A stretch of DNA of 64,000 nt from Zygnema circumcarinatum SAG 698-1b (lineage: Eukaryota > Plantae > Zygnematophyceae), in contig CM074806.1 in the NCBI GenBank assembly GCA_037447605.1, positions 1,984,001 to 2,048,000 on the forward strand, given 5' to 3'. Of this stretch, positions 61,749 to 64,000 are shown one piece after another. How positions within the stretch are numbered: the first letter of the stretch is position 1; every line of letters begins with the position of its first letter. The notes under the pieces are model-generated. The model was given only the letters and a program-made list of their open reading frames with translations, was not told the DNA's origin and searched no databases. The translations under genes and the position numbers were made by a program.

Positions 61749-63590
61749 TTGAAAAGAGAAAGTGCGCGCGCGAGATTGCGGCTCTCGTGGCCGCTCGCGA
61801 TTGGCCGGAAATCCCGCCCCTCCCGCAATCTTGTGAGCGGTTGGTTCCTAGTGGTTTTCCATGTTCTTGTTGTTGATGTTGTCCATGTCCATGGCATGGC
61901 ATGGCAATCGCCCTCGCTAGACCAATGCCAATTCACATAGCCTTGACAAGCATTTCACGGGACGGCAATGGGCCTTGACTTTGCTTTCGCCATTCATGCA
62001 GAACCATAGCAATGAGAATTTAGCATTCAAAATGGTCCGTTTAAAAACAAAAACTACAAAATCACAAGTTTTCTAACTTTGTGCGTATGTCAGCAGTACC
62101 GCCTTCCCGGTTCCCAGATTTCGATCGAAAGTCTTGATGTCATGACCATATTCGCACTAAAACTAAGGGGTAAACCTATTTTCAGGCACCTTGCGTTTCC
62201 GCTGTGGCCAGTTCCCTTCGGTCATCTGCTTTATGCGAAAAAAAAGTAAAAAGGAAAAATCTTTATTTTTTTATTTCAATGTGTTGACCAATGGAGCAAG
62301 AGATTTCACCTGCTATCGCGTGGCAACTGTCAAGGGAAACGGTAATCTGTTTTTGTGCCCAGTAGTGCCGTATTCGTAAAAAAATCGGAAAGGTTCTTTA
62401 TGTCGCCGTGTCCTTTCAAGCCTCCCTCCCCGCCAGCTTCAAGCTGAAGCCGCACAGGCAGACGGACGGCTCGCAGTTTTTCCTAATGGCCTAAACCGGG
62501 CTGAGTTCGCAGCTTCAGAAAGAAACTCCGACATGGGACCGGACCCTGAAAGGCCGGACCCTATAAGGCAAACATCTTGCAATGCGTAAACTATTTTTAC
62601 ATTCGTATCTGGTGGACGCGTGCTAATCAGAATTCTTACTCAAGAATCGGAGGTTTGATAAAGCGCTCAAAGACTGCGCCAGGTTGCCCTACATCTACTC
62701 CTGGCTCACGCCATGTCGACAATCCAACCCGTGCGCAGACAGCCTGCATTTGCTTGCTTAACAGAATCTGCTCGTTTCGTCTGAAATGTTCCCATACTCT
62801 ATTTGAATGTCCGAACACACTGAATTAAGACTAGAAATTCTTCTGGAGACGGACTGGGTTTCAACTTACATTGTCCCCCTACAGTAAAGAAACGTATTCA
62901 GGACCAACAAGAGGTCTCCACTTGGCAACGCTTCAAGCCTGCACGCTCGATCTGTCTAAGGCACTTTACATGGCGCACGATTGAACTGCACTCCTTCACC
63001 CCCTCATCTTCAAACGTGCCGGGGATATGGACCCTGATCCGAAACCTCCATCAAAACAACCAGATGAACCTAGATAGAGAATCACACATAGGTCTATAGG
63101 CTGGAATTAGAGTTCCCTTTCACGTGAGAAGTGCGTGAGGGGTATCCCCGACCGTGGCCTCTCCGTGCAGTTGATCGATTCCATTGTCCCGCGGTCCTCC
63201 CTCTTGTCTGCAGCATTACTCCCCCCGCCCCCATACTGTCAATACTGGATCGAACAGGCTTATGAAAACACCAAGAAAGTGTACTAAGAAGATACTTCAG
63301 AAACAGCAGTATAACGGGATCTGCACAGACGAGTATGCCGCAATCCGGGCCGCAATTCATAATCTACTCATCGTGACTACTTAAACGGTCTCAATATAAA
63401 ATAGAGTAAATCAGCATAGAAGCGATCTCGACAGGGTTCCAAGTTTTCCTTCAGAGGAGGTCTCGACAAAGTTTCATGTTCCTTTTAGTCCGCGGAACAG
63501 AGGGTGCACAACCAATAGGTCTCTCTGTATAAGGACAAGCTGAGCGCAATAAGGACAAACCGCCAATTTTCCCTCGCCAGGCTCCCCTTT

Positions 63591-64000
63591 CTAAAAACAA
63601 AGAACTTCAATGACCAAGGGAAGGAGGGGTGATGCAGCCACCTGTACGCCGTTTTGAGCTGCTTGTGCTGCGGCTGCTTCCAAGCTATAGTCATTTTCCA
63701 TGCTCTGAGGTGCTCTGATATCGGATATATAATGCTCTGCCCTGAGGTCTCCACCTGTGCCCAATTCTCGTTTCAATATCTCCACTTGCCCTTGCAGCTC
63801 CTTCAATGCCTGCAACCACCGTGTGCCCCCTTCACCTTCAAACCCCCACACGACCGATTGCAGCTGGACCCAATGTTGACTCAGAAAGAAGCGTTCCCCT
63901 TGTGAGGCCATTCACCTGCCGATTCTCTGCTGCTGCTTGAAGCATGGCGGCGCTCTGATTGAGCTCGCCCTGCATCATGGCCATCGCCTCCTCTCTCGAC
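63591..64000 (-). CDS. 3' exons of an unidentified gene entering from beyond the window
   Basis: ..EAMAMMQGELNQSAAMLQAAAENRQ|ALKELQGQVEILKRELGTGG..AAQNGVQ| with plausible GT/AG boundaries; coiled-coil-like; end not resolved. Confidence 0.4.

Overview
Eukaryotic, intron-rich nuclear DNA with land-plant-type genes (STN8, APUM23/NOP9, APEM9, CXIP4, GEX1, At1g10780-like F-box). My inference is a streptophyte alga, probably Zygnematophyceae, or a bryophyte-grade plant. Left to right: a decayed Ty1/copia LTR element inserted into the 3' end of a truncated CIP8-like RING-H2 gene; a disrupted F-box/LRR gene; a putative plastid-targeted protein; a repeat-rich intergenic stretch (G-box cluster, TTAA-bounded element, telomere-like repeats, (ACCTG)n); a conserved Gly-rich protein; STN8 kinase; a foldback element; APUM23 head-to-head with a hotdog-fold thioesterase; THREE paralogous secreted proteins with a signal peptide, a PAN/apple-like Cys module, an optional Ser-Pro extensin stalk and a Root_cap/vWD-like domain opening with the mucin-type GDPH autocleavage motif (two share a recent 211-bp conversion tract); GEX1 head-to-head with APEM9; CXIP4 head-to-head with a coiled-coil gene; two TA-flanked TIR elements with related ends; an intron-containing histone H3 with mixed H3.1/H3.3 residues; and the 3' part of another gene. 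The PAN-GDPH cluster next to GEX1 is the best candidate for an undescribed system. Exon boundaries were read by hand and gene names come from recalled family motifs; no database search was run.
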